From Rhynchopus sp. YZ270_cl-10 (taxonomy: Eukaryota), in assembly GCA_964035575.1 (NCBI GenBank), contig OZ037833.1:2914001-2976000 (forward strand): a stretch of 62,000 nt of DNA, written 5' to 3'. The notes beneath the pieces are model-generated. The model was not told the DNA's origin and ran no database searches. It saw only the letters and a list, made by a program, of their open reading frames with translations. Positions 40,516-50,867 of the stretch are shown here, in pieces (position 1 is the stretch's first letter; each line of letters starts with the position of its first letter). Both the position numbers and the translations under genes were made by a program.

Positions 40516-40910
40516 ATGAGGGGAGACTACACCACCGACGGTGCTTCAGCCTACAGGAGCATGCTGGAATGTGAATGCTGCATGACAGCATTCACAATTT
40601 CACCTTTGGTGAGATGGAGATGAGCGCAAAGGTGCAAAAATGCACAACAAAAACTGAGGAAGAGGCATCCATACTCCCCAGAAGGGACGTGCGCACCTGC
40701 AGCCAAAAATTCTCCTGTGCTTAATATCATGCGCGCTGGGGATGCCGAAATAGCTAAACTGTTGCAAGAAGTGGGACTAATTCCCAGGCAGTTGCCCTGT
40801 ACAACATGCAAGTCCACAATGCCAGAAACACTGTACTGGACACCAAGATACTCCAAGAAGATCGCAAACTGGCCTTATTTTAGGTGAAATGACCTAATGC
40901 AGAGTGCAGC
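40516..40910 (+). pseudogene. Possible decayed Merlin/IS1595-like transposase fragments
   Basis: YTTDGASAYRSML and LLQEVGLIPRQLPCTTCKSTM...YFR* in short broken frames. Confidence 0.35.
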
Positions 40911-41034
40911 GGAACAGGGGAGACAAATAAAGTTTCCTGTACCATGCAACACCCAAGACCTTTTGCACAAGTGAAGCAAAAACAAGCTCAGAAATATAAA
41001 GCTCTTCAAAGGTTTTCCACCCAGACCCATTATT

Positions 41035-41153
41035 GGATTCGGCCATACTCTGGTGAATACACCTCATCCCGCCTGATTTGAGAAGTTAAGCACCAGCAGG
41101 CCTGGATAGTACTGGCGTGGGTGACCAGCTGGGAAGTCCGGGTGCTTGAATCC
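41035..41153 (+). rRNA. 5S: 5S rRNA
   Basis: As 40280-40398. Confidence 0.97.
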
Positions 41154-41236
41154 TTTTTTCCTTATTTGTGGTGTAACACACAGAAGTTGGTTGAAAAGTG
41201 AACTGATAGTATTCAGCGCAAAGCATGATTATTGAA

Positions 41237-41308
41237 GGGTATATAGCTCAGTGGTAGAGCATTCGGCTGCAGTCCGAACGGTCCCTGGTTCGAACCCGGG
41301 TGTGCCCT
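41237..41308 (+). tRNA. tRNA-Cys(GCA)
   Basis: Cloverleaf; loop CT GCA GT. Confidence 0.95.
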
Positions 41309-41409
41309 CTCTTTTTGTTTCAAGACCAGATTTTCTCTTGAGTGTTACTTCTCCCTTTTTGGTTTTGAATTCCATCCCCACCTTGTAAAGATTCGTTTAA
41401 GAAATGTAA

Positions 41410-41482
41410 GGGGGTTTAGCTCAAATGGTAGAGCGCTCGCTCAGCATGCGAGAGGTAGAGGGATCGATACCCTCAATCTCCA
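41410..41482 (+). tRNA. tRNA-Ala(AGC), C33
   Basis: G3:U70; loop TC AGC AT. Confidence 0.95.
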
Positions 41483-41573
41483 AACATTTTTTGGCTTGGA
41501 AACACTGTTGTGATATTTCCAGATCTCGATTCTTTTTGGTACCAAAGAAAAAGAAGGAAGCGACAGAATTGTA

Positions 41574-41645
41574 TCTCCTATGGTGTAGTGGTTAGCACTC
41601 GAGACTCTGAATCTCGCGACCGCGGTTCGAATCCGCGTAGGAGAA
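41574..41645 (+). tRNA. tRNA-Gln(CTG)
   Basis: Loop CT CTG AA. Confidence 0.95.
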
Positions 41646-41738
41646 CTTTCCTTTTTCTCCGTTTCGTCCCTTGTTATTCTCCTCTGTGACTGGTTGAAAC
41701 GCATTCCCACTTCCATATTCTTGTTGGCTTTTATTGAA

Positions 41739-41820
41739 GGCGAGATGGCCGAGTGGTCTAAGGCGCCAGGTTAAGGCCCTGGTCCCTTCGGGGGCGTGGG
41801 TTCAAACCCCACTCTCGTCA
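41739..41820 (+). tRNA. tRNA-Leu(AAG)
   Basis: Loop TT AAG GC, long variable arm. Confidence 0.95.
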
Positions 41821-41909
41821 CTTGTTATTCTTTTTCATTTTCATTTTCAATCTATCCCTTTTGTTTTGTTTTCAAGATTGTGCAAAACACAAAAAGCACA
41901 CTTGTCAGG

Positions 41910-41982
41910 TCCTCCTTGGCGCAGTCGGTAGCGCGTCAGGCTGTTAACCTGCAGGTCGTTGGTTCGAACCCAACAGGAGGAG
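41910..41982 (+). tRNA. tRNA-Asn(GTT)
   Basis: Loop CT GTT AA. Confidence 0.95.
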
Positions 41983-42041
41983 ACTTTTTTCCCTTCTCAA
42001 ACCATTTTCTGTTCTTTGCAAAAGTCATAAAAAACTGGGAA

Positions 42042-43119
42042 GGCGAGATGGCCGAGCGGTCTAAGGCGCCAGGTTTAGGGCCAGTCGGGCGCACAGCGCA
42101 GACCCCATTATGGGCGCACAGCACACCCCCTCATTATGGGCGCACAGCGCACATGTGTGCTGTGCGCCCATAATGAGGGGGTGTGCTGTGCGCCCATAAT
42201 GGGGTCTGCGCTGTGCGCCCATAATAGGGAGGTGTGCTGTGCGCCCATAACGGAGAGCCTGTTCTGTGCGCCCATAATGGACTGGTGTGCTGTGCGCCAA
42301 TAATGGGGGGGGGTACCCTTTGAGCCATACTGGAGACATGTGATATGTGATAGACACTTAACTGGTGGGTGGGTGCGGGTGCACGGGAACCTACAGGTTC
42401 TAGGTTGCGTTATCTGGCTGGTGTGGTTGTGCGGGTGTGCGGGGTTCGGGCAACGTTATCCGGCTGGTGTGGTGGTGCGGGTTTGCGGGGTTCGGCACAC
42501 GTTATCTGGTTCGTGTGGTTAAAAAGCTGGCTGGTGGGTGCGGGTGCGCGGGAACCTGCTGGTTCGAGGTTGCGTTATCCGGCTGGTGGTTGTGCGGGTT
42601 TGCGGGTTGACGGGTGCGCGGGTTTGCGGTCCCTAGCTGGTTCGTGTGGTTGTGCGGGTGCGCGGGGTTCGGGCAACGTTATCCGGCTGGTGTGGTTGTG
42701 CGGGTTTGCGGGGTTCGGGCAACGTTATCTGGTTCGTGTGGTCAATAAGCTGGCTGGTGGGTGCGGGTGCGCGGGAACCTGCTGGTTCTAGGTTGCGTTA
42801 TCTGGCTGGTGGGTGCGGGTGCTCGGGACCTACTAGTTCTAGGTTGCCTAAGCCGGCTGGTGTGTTCTGTGCGCCCATAATGGGGGGGGTGTGCTGTGCG
42901 CCCATATCGGAGGGCCTGTTCTGTGCGCCCATAATGAGGAGGTGTGCTGTGCGCCCATAATGGGGTCTGCGCTGTGCGCCCATATTGGGGGGGTGTGCTG
43001 TGCGCCCATAATGAGGGGGTGTGCTGTGCGCCCATAATGGGGTCTGCGCTGTGCGCCCGACATACCAGGTTTAGGCCCTGGTCTCTTCGGAGGCGTGGGT
43101 TCAAACCCCACTCTCGTCA
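42042..43119 (+). tRNA. tRNA-Leu(TAG) split by a ~1-kb insertion in the anticodon loop
   Basis: 5' half 42042-42079 and 3' half 43076-43119 rejoin to a perfect cloverleaf. Confidence 0.88.
42079..43066. mobile_element. Non-autonomous TIR element (Merlin-like MITE), 988 bp
   Basis: 8-bp TSD AGGTTTAG (42071-42078, 43067-43074); TIRs GG...GTCGGGCGCACAGC; subterminal CTGTGCGCCCATAAT repeats. Confidence 0.88.
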
Positions 43120-43183
43120 CGTTATTACCATTTTTCCGCAGAAAACCCACCTCTTGTGGAAAACAGTTCCGGTCATTATTGTA

Positions 43184-43256
43184 GCAGCTATCGTCTAGTG
43201 GTTAGGACGCTCGCCTCACACGCGAGAGATCGTCGGTTCAATCCCGACTAGCTGTA
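43184..43256 (+). tRNA. tRNA-Val(CAC)
   Basis: Loop CT CAC AC. Confidence 0.95.
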
Positions 43257-43346
43257 ATTTCTTTTTGAACTTTCCTTCACATTTTCGTTCAATGCAACGA
43301 TCGAAAAGATGTCCCCATGCAGATAATAGTTTTGCCTACTATCAGA

Positions 43347-43418
43347 TCCGCTGTAGTATAGTGGTTAGAACAGCCGGCTCTCACCCGGCAGACCGGGGTT
43401 CAATTCCCCGCAGCGGAA
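43347..43418 (+). tRNA. tRNA-Glu(CTC)
   Basis: Loop CT CTC AC. Confidence 0.95.
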
Positions 43419-43512
43419 AATACCTTTTTTTAGACCAAGTTTTGGAGAGAAGAATTTCTGACTTTTGAATATTAACGCCATCATGTAAATCTGGATGAAG
43501 AAAATAATCAGT

Positions 43513-43584
43513 GGCTTAGTGGTCTAGTGGCATGATTCTCGCTTCGGGTGCGAGAGGTCCAGGGTTCGATTCCCTGCTGAGCCC
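43513..43584 (+). tRNA. tRNA-Pro(CGG)
   Basis: Loop TT CGG GT. Confidence 0.95.
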
Positions 43585-43798
43585 CTCTTTTTATTTAGGT
43601 AGTTTCTTGCTTGGGAATTGTTTAGAAAAATTATTTCCACATCTTTTCGACCACCAAAATCCCAAGATGAAGAAGTTTGGAAAAGTGCATTTTTGTGAAA
43701 GTATTTTGCCATATCTTTGTTGTCACCAAAATCCCAAGATGGTGAGAGAATCTTGAAAAATCATTTTCCATATTTTCACTTCCCAGTGAAAAAGAGAA

Positions 43799-43871
43799 TA
43801 CCCATGGTGGGGATCGAACCCACAATCTTTCGCTTAGGAAGCGAACGCCTTATCCATTGGGCTACACGGGC
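43799..43871 (-). tRNA. tRNA-Arg(CCT)
   Basis: Loop TT CCT AA. Confidence 0.95.
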
Positions 43872-43977
43872 CTAATAGTTTTACCTTCTTTCCTTTTCTC
43901 TGGGGTGGTCAAATTTAGGACAAGAGACTTTTCTGCATGACCACCCCACAATGATTCTTTGGTTTAAATGAATGTGA

Positions 43978-44050
43978 GCCTCCCTAGCTCAGTCGGTAGA
44001 GCGCAAGGCCCTTAACCTTGTGGTCGCGGGTTCGAGCCCCGCGGGAGGTG
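43978..44050 (+). tRNA. tRNA-Lys(CTT), C33
   Basis: Loop CC CTT AA. Confidence 0.95.
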
Positions 44051-44369
44051 CTTTTCTTTTTGAATGTTCACGATTTTGCAGGTTTCTGAGATTTTGAGGC
44101 AAATGAAAACCAAAAAATATTTCCTCCACTTGATCTCAGTTCTGTTTCGTTGGCAAGTTGAGAGTGGAATTTGGGTGAAAATATGTGTTTTCCGAACCAA
44201 CACAGGACTCCCACCGACCGGTGTAGGTTTTGCGTTCAACCAGGTGTGAACTGCTTCCACTCGCGAAAAGTGCCAGACCCTTTTGCTGGGGATAGCACGT
44301 TTCAGCCCCACAACTTATCTCCTTTCTGGGCATGTCCAGTGTGCTCAGCTGCCGCTTCTTGGCGACTCA

Positions 44370-44759
44370 CCAGTACAGAATGGTGGAATCCAGCACAGAA
44401 TGGAATGGCTGGGAAATCCTTAGCAATCCATAATTCAGATGGAAAAACTCCTGACCTGGCTATTGAATTTTCGGATCATTTTCTCAGTCACAATGCAAGC
44501 ACAGAATGGAAACCAAAACCAAGCACAGAATGGAACACGGCTATAAGACTCCAGCCATTCCATTCTGTGCTGGTTTTTCGTTTCCATTCTGTGCTTGCAT
44601 TGTGACTGAGAAAATGATCTGAAAATTCAATACCCGGGTCAGGAGTTTTTTTTTCCACTCCTAACAAATCCTTACAGTAAGCCTATAAGTCTCCAGCCAT
44701 TCCATTCTGTGCTGGTTTTTGGAGCCCATTCTGTGAGCACTCGCTCGGGCCTGTACTGG
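44370..44759. repeat. Foldback palindrome built from CACAGAATGG / CCATTCTGTG units (MITE-like)
   Basis: About 44443-44535 is inverted at 44558-44650; ends CCAGTACAG / CTGTACTGG. Confidence 0.75.
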
Positions 44760-44868
44760 AGTATAGCGGCCAGGCCATCTCCCTTCTGCGTTCCTGCCTG
44801 TCACATCCAGTGCTCAGTTGCTGCTTCTTCAGCACAACCGCATCACATCACATCACCAAAAAATAGAA

Positions 44869-44940
44869 AGGCAACTGGGGGGATCGAACCCCCGACCCTT
44901 GGTTTACAAGACCAATGCTCTGCCACTGAGCTAAATCGCC
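44869..44940 (-). tRNA. tRNA-Thr(TGT)
   Basis: Loop CT TGT AA. Confidence 0.95.
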
Positions 44941-45022
44941 GCTGATTAAGATGCTTTTGCTGTTTCTCCTGCGAAGAAGTTTTTCAAGACAACACAGAAA
45001 GGAAAGTGTGTAAAAAAAGAAA

Positions 45023-45093
45023 TGACCCTAGACGGAATCGAACCGCCGTTGATGGATTTGGAATCCATAGTGCTACCGCTACACCATAGGGCC
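45023..45093 (-). tRNA. tRNA-Trp(CCA) with a Gln-like body
   Basis: Loop TT CCA AA. Confidence 0.9.
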
Positions 45094-45178
45094 CATGATT
45101 TAGGGCTTCAATGCGTTTAGCATGAAGGTGGAAATTTTGCTGAAAATCCCACACAAAGGAAAAAGACACACAAAAAAG

Positions 45179-45251
45179 TGCGAGGTGCCAGGATCGAACT
45201 GACGACCTTAGGATTATGGGACCTACGCGCTCCCGACTGCGCCAACCTCGC
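45179..45251 (-). tRNA. Elongator tRNA-Met(CAT), C33
   Basis: Loop CC CAT AA, U31.U39. Confidence 0.93.
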
Positions 45252-45375
45252 CTTGATATTATCGTATCATTAAGAAATACATGGGGTGCAAATTTCTACA
45301 GGTTTGTGTGGCAAAAAAATTTTTTTGAGCCAAAAAATTTTATGGGCTTCTGTGAAAACAATGACAGTTGTAGAA

Positions 45376-45459
45376 CCTCTCGTAGCTCAATTGGTAGAGC
45401 GCTCGACTGTAGAATACTCGGTTATCGAGCGGTCGCTGGTTCGATTCCGGCCGAGAGGA
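45376..45459 (+). tRNA. tRNA-Tyr(GTA) with an 11-nt intron (45413-45423)
   Basis: CT GTA G|AATACTCGGTT|A. Confidence 0.95.
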
Positions 45460-45536
45460 TTTTTTTCATTTTCGTGTTCCAGGTTATATTCTTCAAACAG
45501 ATGACTGCCTAAAAACAAAGAACGGTGAGAATTACA

Positions 45537-45618
45537 GCAGTCGTATCCAAGTGGTTACGGAGGTGGACTAGAAATCCATTGGGCTCTGCCCGCGCAGGTT
45601 CAAGTCCTGCCGACTGCG
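45537..45618 (+). tRNA. tRNA-Ser(AGA)
   Basis: Loop CT AGA AA. Confidence 0.95.
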
Positions 45619-45716
45619 ATTCATTTTTTGTTCACAAATTTTCGTGCATTTTCGTCGTTTCTGTGCTCATTTTAGACCATTTTGATGCGCGAAAATAAAT
45701 CAGAGTGAAGATTGTA

Positions 45717-45788
45717 TCCTCGGTAGTATAGAGGTCAGTATTTCCGCCTGTCACGCGGAAGACCCGGGTTCAATTCCCGGCCGGGGAA
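45717..45788 (+). tRNA. tRNA-Asp(GTC)
   Basis: Loop CT GTC AC. Confidence 0.95.
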
Positions 45789-45850
45789 TTCTTTTTTGTA
45801 CAGGGCTCCCACTCATTGTTTCGTTTCTTTTCTGATGAAAATCAAATCAG

Positions 45851-45923
45851 GCCCCGTTGGCGCAATGGATAGCGCGTTGGACTTCGAATCCAAAGGTTGC
45901 GGGTTCGAGTCCCGCACGGGGTT
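45851..45923 (+). tRNA. tRNA-Arg(TCG)
   Basis: Loop CT TCG AA. Confidence 0.95.
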
Positions 45924-46194
45924 AACTTTTTGAACATTGTTTTTTTTGAACTTTTTTGAAAACACAAAAAAGTGAGGTTGGTGTCAAGTGAAATCACAGT
46001 GGAACAACAGATACAAATTTGGGTCCAGTGGGAAGGGGTCTCCCAGGAATTTTGGATTTTTTGGCAGTCAACCCATCCAGAAGAACCTTAAAAAATCTTG
46101 GGAAAAACTTGAAAACTGGAAATTCTTTGAAAAGCTGACATTTCAGAATTTTTTTCTGAACATGAAAATTTTACTTCCTCCTAAAAAAAAGAAC

Positions 46195-46266
46195 TGCACT
46201 TACCGGGAGTCGAACCCGGGCCGCTCGCTTGGAAGGCGAGAATACTAACCGTTATACCATAAGTGC
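46195..46266 (-). tRNA. tRNA-Gly(TCC)
   Basis: Loop CT TCC AA. Confidence 0.95.
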
Positions 46267-46355
46267 TGTTACTTTCATGCAAAGTGTTTTCTTTGTGGGG
46301 GGCAATTTCAAAATAAAAAAAATTTGAAATTGTTCAAATTGCCCAAAAAAAGAAG

Positions 46356-46427
46356 CAACCGTGGCAGGACTCGAACCTGCAACCGCCTGATCCGTGGTCA
46401 GGCGCTCTTCCATTGAGCCACACGGTC
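46356..46427 (-). tRNA. tRNA-Arg(ACG), C33
   Basis: Loop CC ACG GA. Confidence 0.95.
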
Positions 46428-46514
46428 CATGTCTTTAGGCAATAGTATTTTTTATGTGGCCTGCATATTTTTGGAGTTGGAAAAAATGAAAATGGTTGAT
46501 TGCACAGCTAAAAA

Positions 46515-46586
46515 AGCGGTTACCGAGAATTGAACTCGGGTCTCCCGTGCCACAAACGGGTGTTCTAACCACTAAACCATAACCGC
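46515..46586 (-). tRNA. tRNA-His(GTG)
   Basis: Loop TT GTG GC; U73, no encoded G-1. Confidence 0.95.
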
Positions 46587-46702
46587 TTGAATATTCCCAC
46601 TTATTGGGATCTCAGAAAGGGTTTTATTTCCTGGGATATTGTGAAATATTTTTCAAACATGCAACGAGCGGCAACTCGAGCACAATTTCGACTAATATCG
46701 TA

Positions 46703-46773
46703 GCGTAATTGGTCTAGTGGTAGAATGGCCCCCCGCCACGGGGTCGGCCCGGGTTCGATTCCCGGATTACGCA
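46703..46773 (+). tRNA. tRNA-Gly(GCC), C33
   Basis: Loop CC GCC AC. Confidence 0.95.
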
Positions 46774-47126
46774 CTCTCTTTTTGCGTTTGGCAAAAGCAA
46801 AACAATATGTTTCGGACAGTTTCAGGTCGGTCACAAACTCGTTCAAAACGAAAAAGTGGAAATGATATGTACTCTTTCTTGCGTAAGGATTATTAGTAGA
46901 GAAAAAAATTTCTTGTCTGATGATACGGGTTTTTGCTCGACATAGTTTGCGAGTAAGTCAGTTCGGTCACAACTTCCATCACAATTGCAAAAAAAATTGG
47001 GACTACAACATGTTCATAAACCCAACCTGACTTACATGTTTATTTCTTCACAAAATTCCCAGTAAATAAACATGCACATCAGTATGGCCGGTGCGCTGGT
47101 CAGAGACATCACGTTTGCGGGCCAAC

Positions 47127-47545
47127 CCCTCTGTGCGCCCGATTAGGAACCCCCCTGTGCGCCCGATTAGCTTACCCCCCTGTGCGCCCGATTAGGGACC
47201 CCCCTGTGCGCCCGGTTAGCTTTACCCCCCTGTGCGCCCGATTAGGAATATCCCCCTGTGCGCCCGATTAGGAACCACTCTGTGCACCTACCTAGTCACT
47301 GTGACCAGGTGCCCCTACTAATATGCCTTACCAATATGGCCTGGGCTGTGGTATGTCGGGTGTACTACATGCTGGGACCTAAAGAGGAACCACATGCTGG
47401 AACACGGCTTTAAGCCCCCACCCATTTCAGCTGTGGTTCCTACTGTGCCCAGTCACTGTGACCAGGTGCCTGGTCAGATCTGACCAGGTACCCTTACTAA
47501 TATGCCTGACCAATATGGCCAGGGGTGGTATGTCGGGTGCACAAG
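47127..47545. mobile_element. Remnant of the same TIR family: CTGTGCGCCCGATTAG repeats and GGTATGTCGGG ends
   Basis: Motifs shared with 42079-43066. Confidence 0.6.
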
Positions 47546-47770
47546 GGAGTTTCACGATGGGTTATCTTATGCACAGGTACAGTGGATGTAGAAAACCCAC
47601 AAACCCATTGTGTGTGGGTTTTCTGGCATAGGACTGTATGGAAAGTGCACGGGTCCACCACAGTACAACCAGTCATGCACCAAGGGACACTGGCTGTTTT
47701 ATCACTTTTTGAACTTTTTTAGACACTGCCAAACCTTCTCCATAATCTGAGATCTTGGGAAACAAGATAA

Positions 47771-47842
47771 GCTCGCGTGGCGCAATGGAAGCGCGTCGGT
47801 TCCCGACGCCGGAGGTTGCGGGTTCGATCCCCGCCGCGAGTA
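47771..47842 (+). tRNA. tRNA-Arg(CCG), C33
   Basis: Loop TC CCG AC. Confidence 0.9.
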
Positions 47843-47979
47843 CTTTTTATTCATTCCAAAATATTTTTAGATTTCCTTCTTCTCAGAGATTTCTTGTCAC
47901 AAAACTTTGCCAAATTGAAAATTCAGAAATGCGAAAATATCAAAAAACAGCTCCGAAATTTGAAAGCAATCAAAAAGGA

Positions 47980-48051
47980 TTCCCCCTCCGGGGTTTGAAC
48001 CCGGGTCGCCTGGGTGAAAGCCAGGTATACTAACCACTGTACTAAAGGGGA
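47980..48051 (-). tRNA. tRNA-Glu(TTC)
   Basis: Loop CT TTC AC. Confidence 0.95.
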
Positions 48052-48149
48052 GGTGATACTTAGGCACAATCCAAAAAGGGTACTTTTGTGCAAGCTACAC
48101 GGAGTTTCAAACGAAAAAAAAAATTAAAAATGAAAATCCAAAAAGACAA

Positions 48150-48221
48150 GGGCTCGGCGGGGAATTGAACCCCGGACCTCTCGCACCCTAAGCGAGAATC
48201 ATGCCACTAGACCACCGAGCC
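48150..48221 (-). tRNA. tRNA-Pro(AGG)
   Basis: Loop TT AGG GT. Confidence 0.95.
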
Positions 48222-48335
48222 ACGAATTCTCTCGCATTCTCTTCGTAACGCGGCCATATGTTTCCATCATTCCTTGTGTGTGTTTTCGTTTTGAATAAGG
48301 TCCCCATGTAAATGCTGTCTTCGCTAACAATCAGA

Positions 48336-48408
48336 TCCTCCTTGGCGCAGTCGGTAGCGCGTCAGGCTGTTAACCTGCAGGTCGTTGGTTCGAACCCAAC
48401 AGGAGGAG
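48336..48408 (+). tRNA. tRNA-Asn(GTT), copy 2
   Basis: Identical to 41910-41982. Confidence 0.95.
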
Positions 48409-48664
48409 ATTTTTCATTTTTTTGAGTTTTTGACTCTATTTTTTAATTTTGAGCTAAAAATCCACATTGTGTGTCATCTTGATGTTGGAACTATTTTTCA
48501 GGATTTCCAAGGTTGTCCCACCAAAAAAACCAAACATCTTTGGATGCTGACATAACTTGAAGATTCTTGACCTGAAGATAAAACAGATTTTGTCAGGTTT
48601 TTTTATTGAGTTTGAAAAAGTTCAGAACAGAATGAAAAAAGGGATCGATGCAGTGTATAAAAAA

Positions 48665-48746
48665 CGCGAACGGCAAGGTTCGAACTTGCGCATGCAGAGC
48701 ACACTCGCTTAGCAGGCGAGCCCCGTAACCACTTGGGTACGTCCGC
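48665..48746 (-). tRNA. tRNA-Ser(GCT)
   Basis: Loop CT GCT AA. Confidence 0.95.
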
Positions 48747-48965
48747 TTAATTACCTGTCAGTACTTAGGACGAAGCTTGTACTTTGTTTAACGACACGTT
48801 AGTGATCACTTGCGTGGTCACCAAAAATCATCGCAATTGTGACCACCAAAAAAAATTTTTGGGCACGATTTCGCACGATGGCGGGCTCATTGCACGACGG
48901 CCGACACACCATGTTTTCTCACAAATAAAAAAAATCCAGAAAAATTCAGGTATCAATACAAAAAG

Positions 48966-49038
48966 CACCTCCCGCGGGGCTCGAACCCGCGACCACAAGG
49001 TTAAGGGCCTTGCGCTCTACCGACTGAGCTAGGGAGGC
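48966..49038 (-). tRNA. tRNA-Lys(CTT), copy 2, C33
   Basis: Identical to 43978-44050. Confidence 0.95.
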
Positions 49039-49140
49039 TCATATTAACTTAAATCAAAGAATCAACATGGGGTACTTGTGTGTACCTGCAGCCACCAAAT
49101 TTTCCATCGTTGTTGCGTGAACAAAAGGATCCGGATTATC

Positions 49141-49212
49141 TCTCCTATGGTGTAGTGGTTAGCACCCTGGACTTTGAATCCAGTAGCCGCGGTTCAAACC
49201 CGCGTGGGAGAA
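49141..49212 (+). tRNA. tRNA-Gln(TTG)
   Basis: Loop CT TTG AA. Confidence 0.95.
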
Positions 49213-49327
49213 CTTTTCTTTTTCCAAGTGTTTTCAATATTTTTTGGAGCTTTGTCACACACATCTTCAATCTTTGCATTTGATGGCAAAAACATAAATC
49301 ACAGAAATCAAACGAAAAGGTAAAGAA

Positions 49328-49409
49328 CGCTGACGGCAGGGTTCGAACCTGCGCGGGCAGAGCCCAGTGGATTTCAAGTCCACCTCCGTAACCACTTGGA
49401 TACGTCAGC
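49328..49409 (-). tRNA. tRNA-Ser(TGA)
   Basis: Loop CT TGA AA. Confidence 0.95.
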
Positions 49410-49486
49410 ATAGTTGAGGAAGTACAACGCCCCAGATCCTGAAAATGGGCACAAAAAAGAGAATCCAATCGATCCAAAAAAGTAGG

Positions 49487-49558
49487 CACCCGCCGTGGGG
49501 ATCGAACCCACGACCATTGGATTAAAAGTCCAACGCTCTACCGCTGAGCTAGGCGGGC
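49487..49558 (-). tRNA. tRNA-Lys(TTT)
   Basis: Loop CT TTT AA. Confidence 0.95.
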
Positions 49559-49673
49559 ATTCGTTTTAAAGGAAAGAGTCAATTTCAAGGCTTGTTCAGT
49601 TCTTGAAAAAAAACTGACAAAAAAGACGAACAGAACGTGCCCCAAGTACCTCTCCTTGAGGGACATTTATCAG

Positions 49674-49745
49674 GGGCGTTTAGCTCAGTGGTAGAGCGCC
49701 CGTTCTGCATACGGGAGGCCGAGGGTTCGAACCCCTCAATGTCCA
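49674..49745 (+). tRNA. tRNA-Ala(TGC), C33
   Basis: G3:U70; loop TC TGC AT. Confidence 0.95.
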
Positions 49746-49837
49746 TTTTTTTGCCATATTTTGTTGATTATTTTTTGGTTGGGCCAGTCAAACACACAAA
49801 AATATGAACTGACATCATTGTGCAGTGCCTGCGATGA

Positions 49838-50435
49838 GGATGTGTGTGATGGTCCAATTGGCGAGTCTGACCTCATAATGCGTTCAGGAACATCCAAATG
49901 ACCCATTTTCCCAACGTTTTCACATTTTTGAGCATTTTGCTATTACGCAATAGTGGTACAATAGGCATTTTACTGGGTCATTTTAACCAACTCTATCAGG
50001 ACACTTCTGATGCTCCAATTGGCGATTCTGACCTCATAATGGCTTCATGAGCAGCCGAATAACCCGTTTTCCCAATATTTTCACATTTTTGAACGTTTTG
50101 CCATTCGTGGAATGGTGGCACAAAAGTCATTTTAGTGGGTCATTTTCGCCAACTCGATCAGGGCACTTCTGGTGCTCCAATTTGCGGTTCTGACCTCATA
50201 ATGGATTCAAGAGCACCCAAATAACCCATTTTCCCAACGTTTTCACATTTTAGACTATTTTTGCTATTGCGGAATGGCAGTACAATAGGCAGTTTACTGG
50301 GTCATTTTCGCCAACTCGATCAGGATACTTCTGATGCTCTAATCACATCGTTTAACCTCATAATGCATTCAGGAGCACCCAAATAACCCATTTTCCCAAT
50401 GTTTTCGCATTTTTGACCACTTTGCTGTTGCAGAG
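49838..50435. repeat. Degenerate GATGCTCCAATT..GACCTCATAATG repeat array; related arrays near 29670-30370, 35040-35440, 53010-53590 and, inverted, 55440-56890
   Basis: Recurrent motif with roughly 120-165 bp period. Confidence 0.8.
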
Positions 50436-50530
50436 TATCAGTAAGATGAGGTCATGCAAATACAGTTTTGTGCACAATAGAAAAAAATAGTGTGTACCCC
50501 AGCTTGGCGATTCCTTTCGTCATTATTGTC

Positions 50531-50603
50531 GGTCGTGTAGCTCAGTCGGTAGAGCATTGGTCTAATAAGCCAACGGTCCCAGGTTCGAGCCCTGTCACGA
50601 CCA
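50531..50603 (+). tRNA. tRNA-Ile(AAT)
   Basis: Loop CT AAT AA. Confidence 0.95.
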
Positions 50604-50683
50604 ATACTTTTTCTACTACTTTGACTTTGACCTGTTGTCAAAAAATGTTGGCCGTGTAAAAAATATGCATACCCTAAAACAAG

Positions 50684-50690
50684 GCCTCTT

Positions 50691-50739
<49 letters not shown>

Positions 50740-50756
50740 AATCCCAGGTGGAGGCA
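50684..50756 (+). tRNA. tRNA-Phe(GAA)
   Basis: Loop CT GAA GA. Confidence 0.95.
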
Positions 50757-50867
50757 CTTCTCTTTTTTCCCCTCAACTCTAATAACAATTTTCAAGGTGC
50801 GCTGTGCTACTACATTGGAAAAGTGCGCTGTGCTACTACATCCCAATTTTTTGGACGAAAATTTTTT

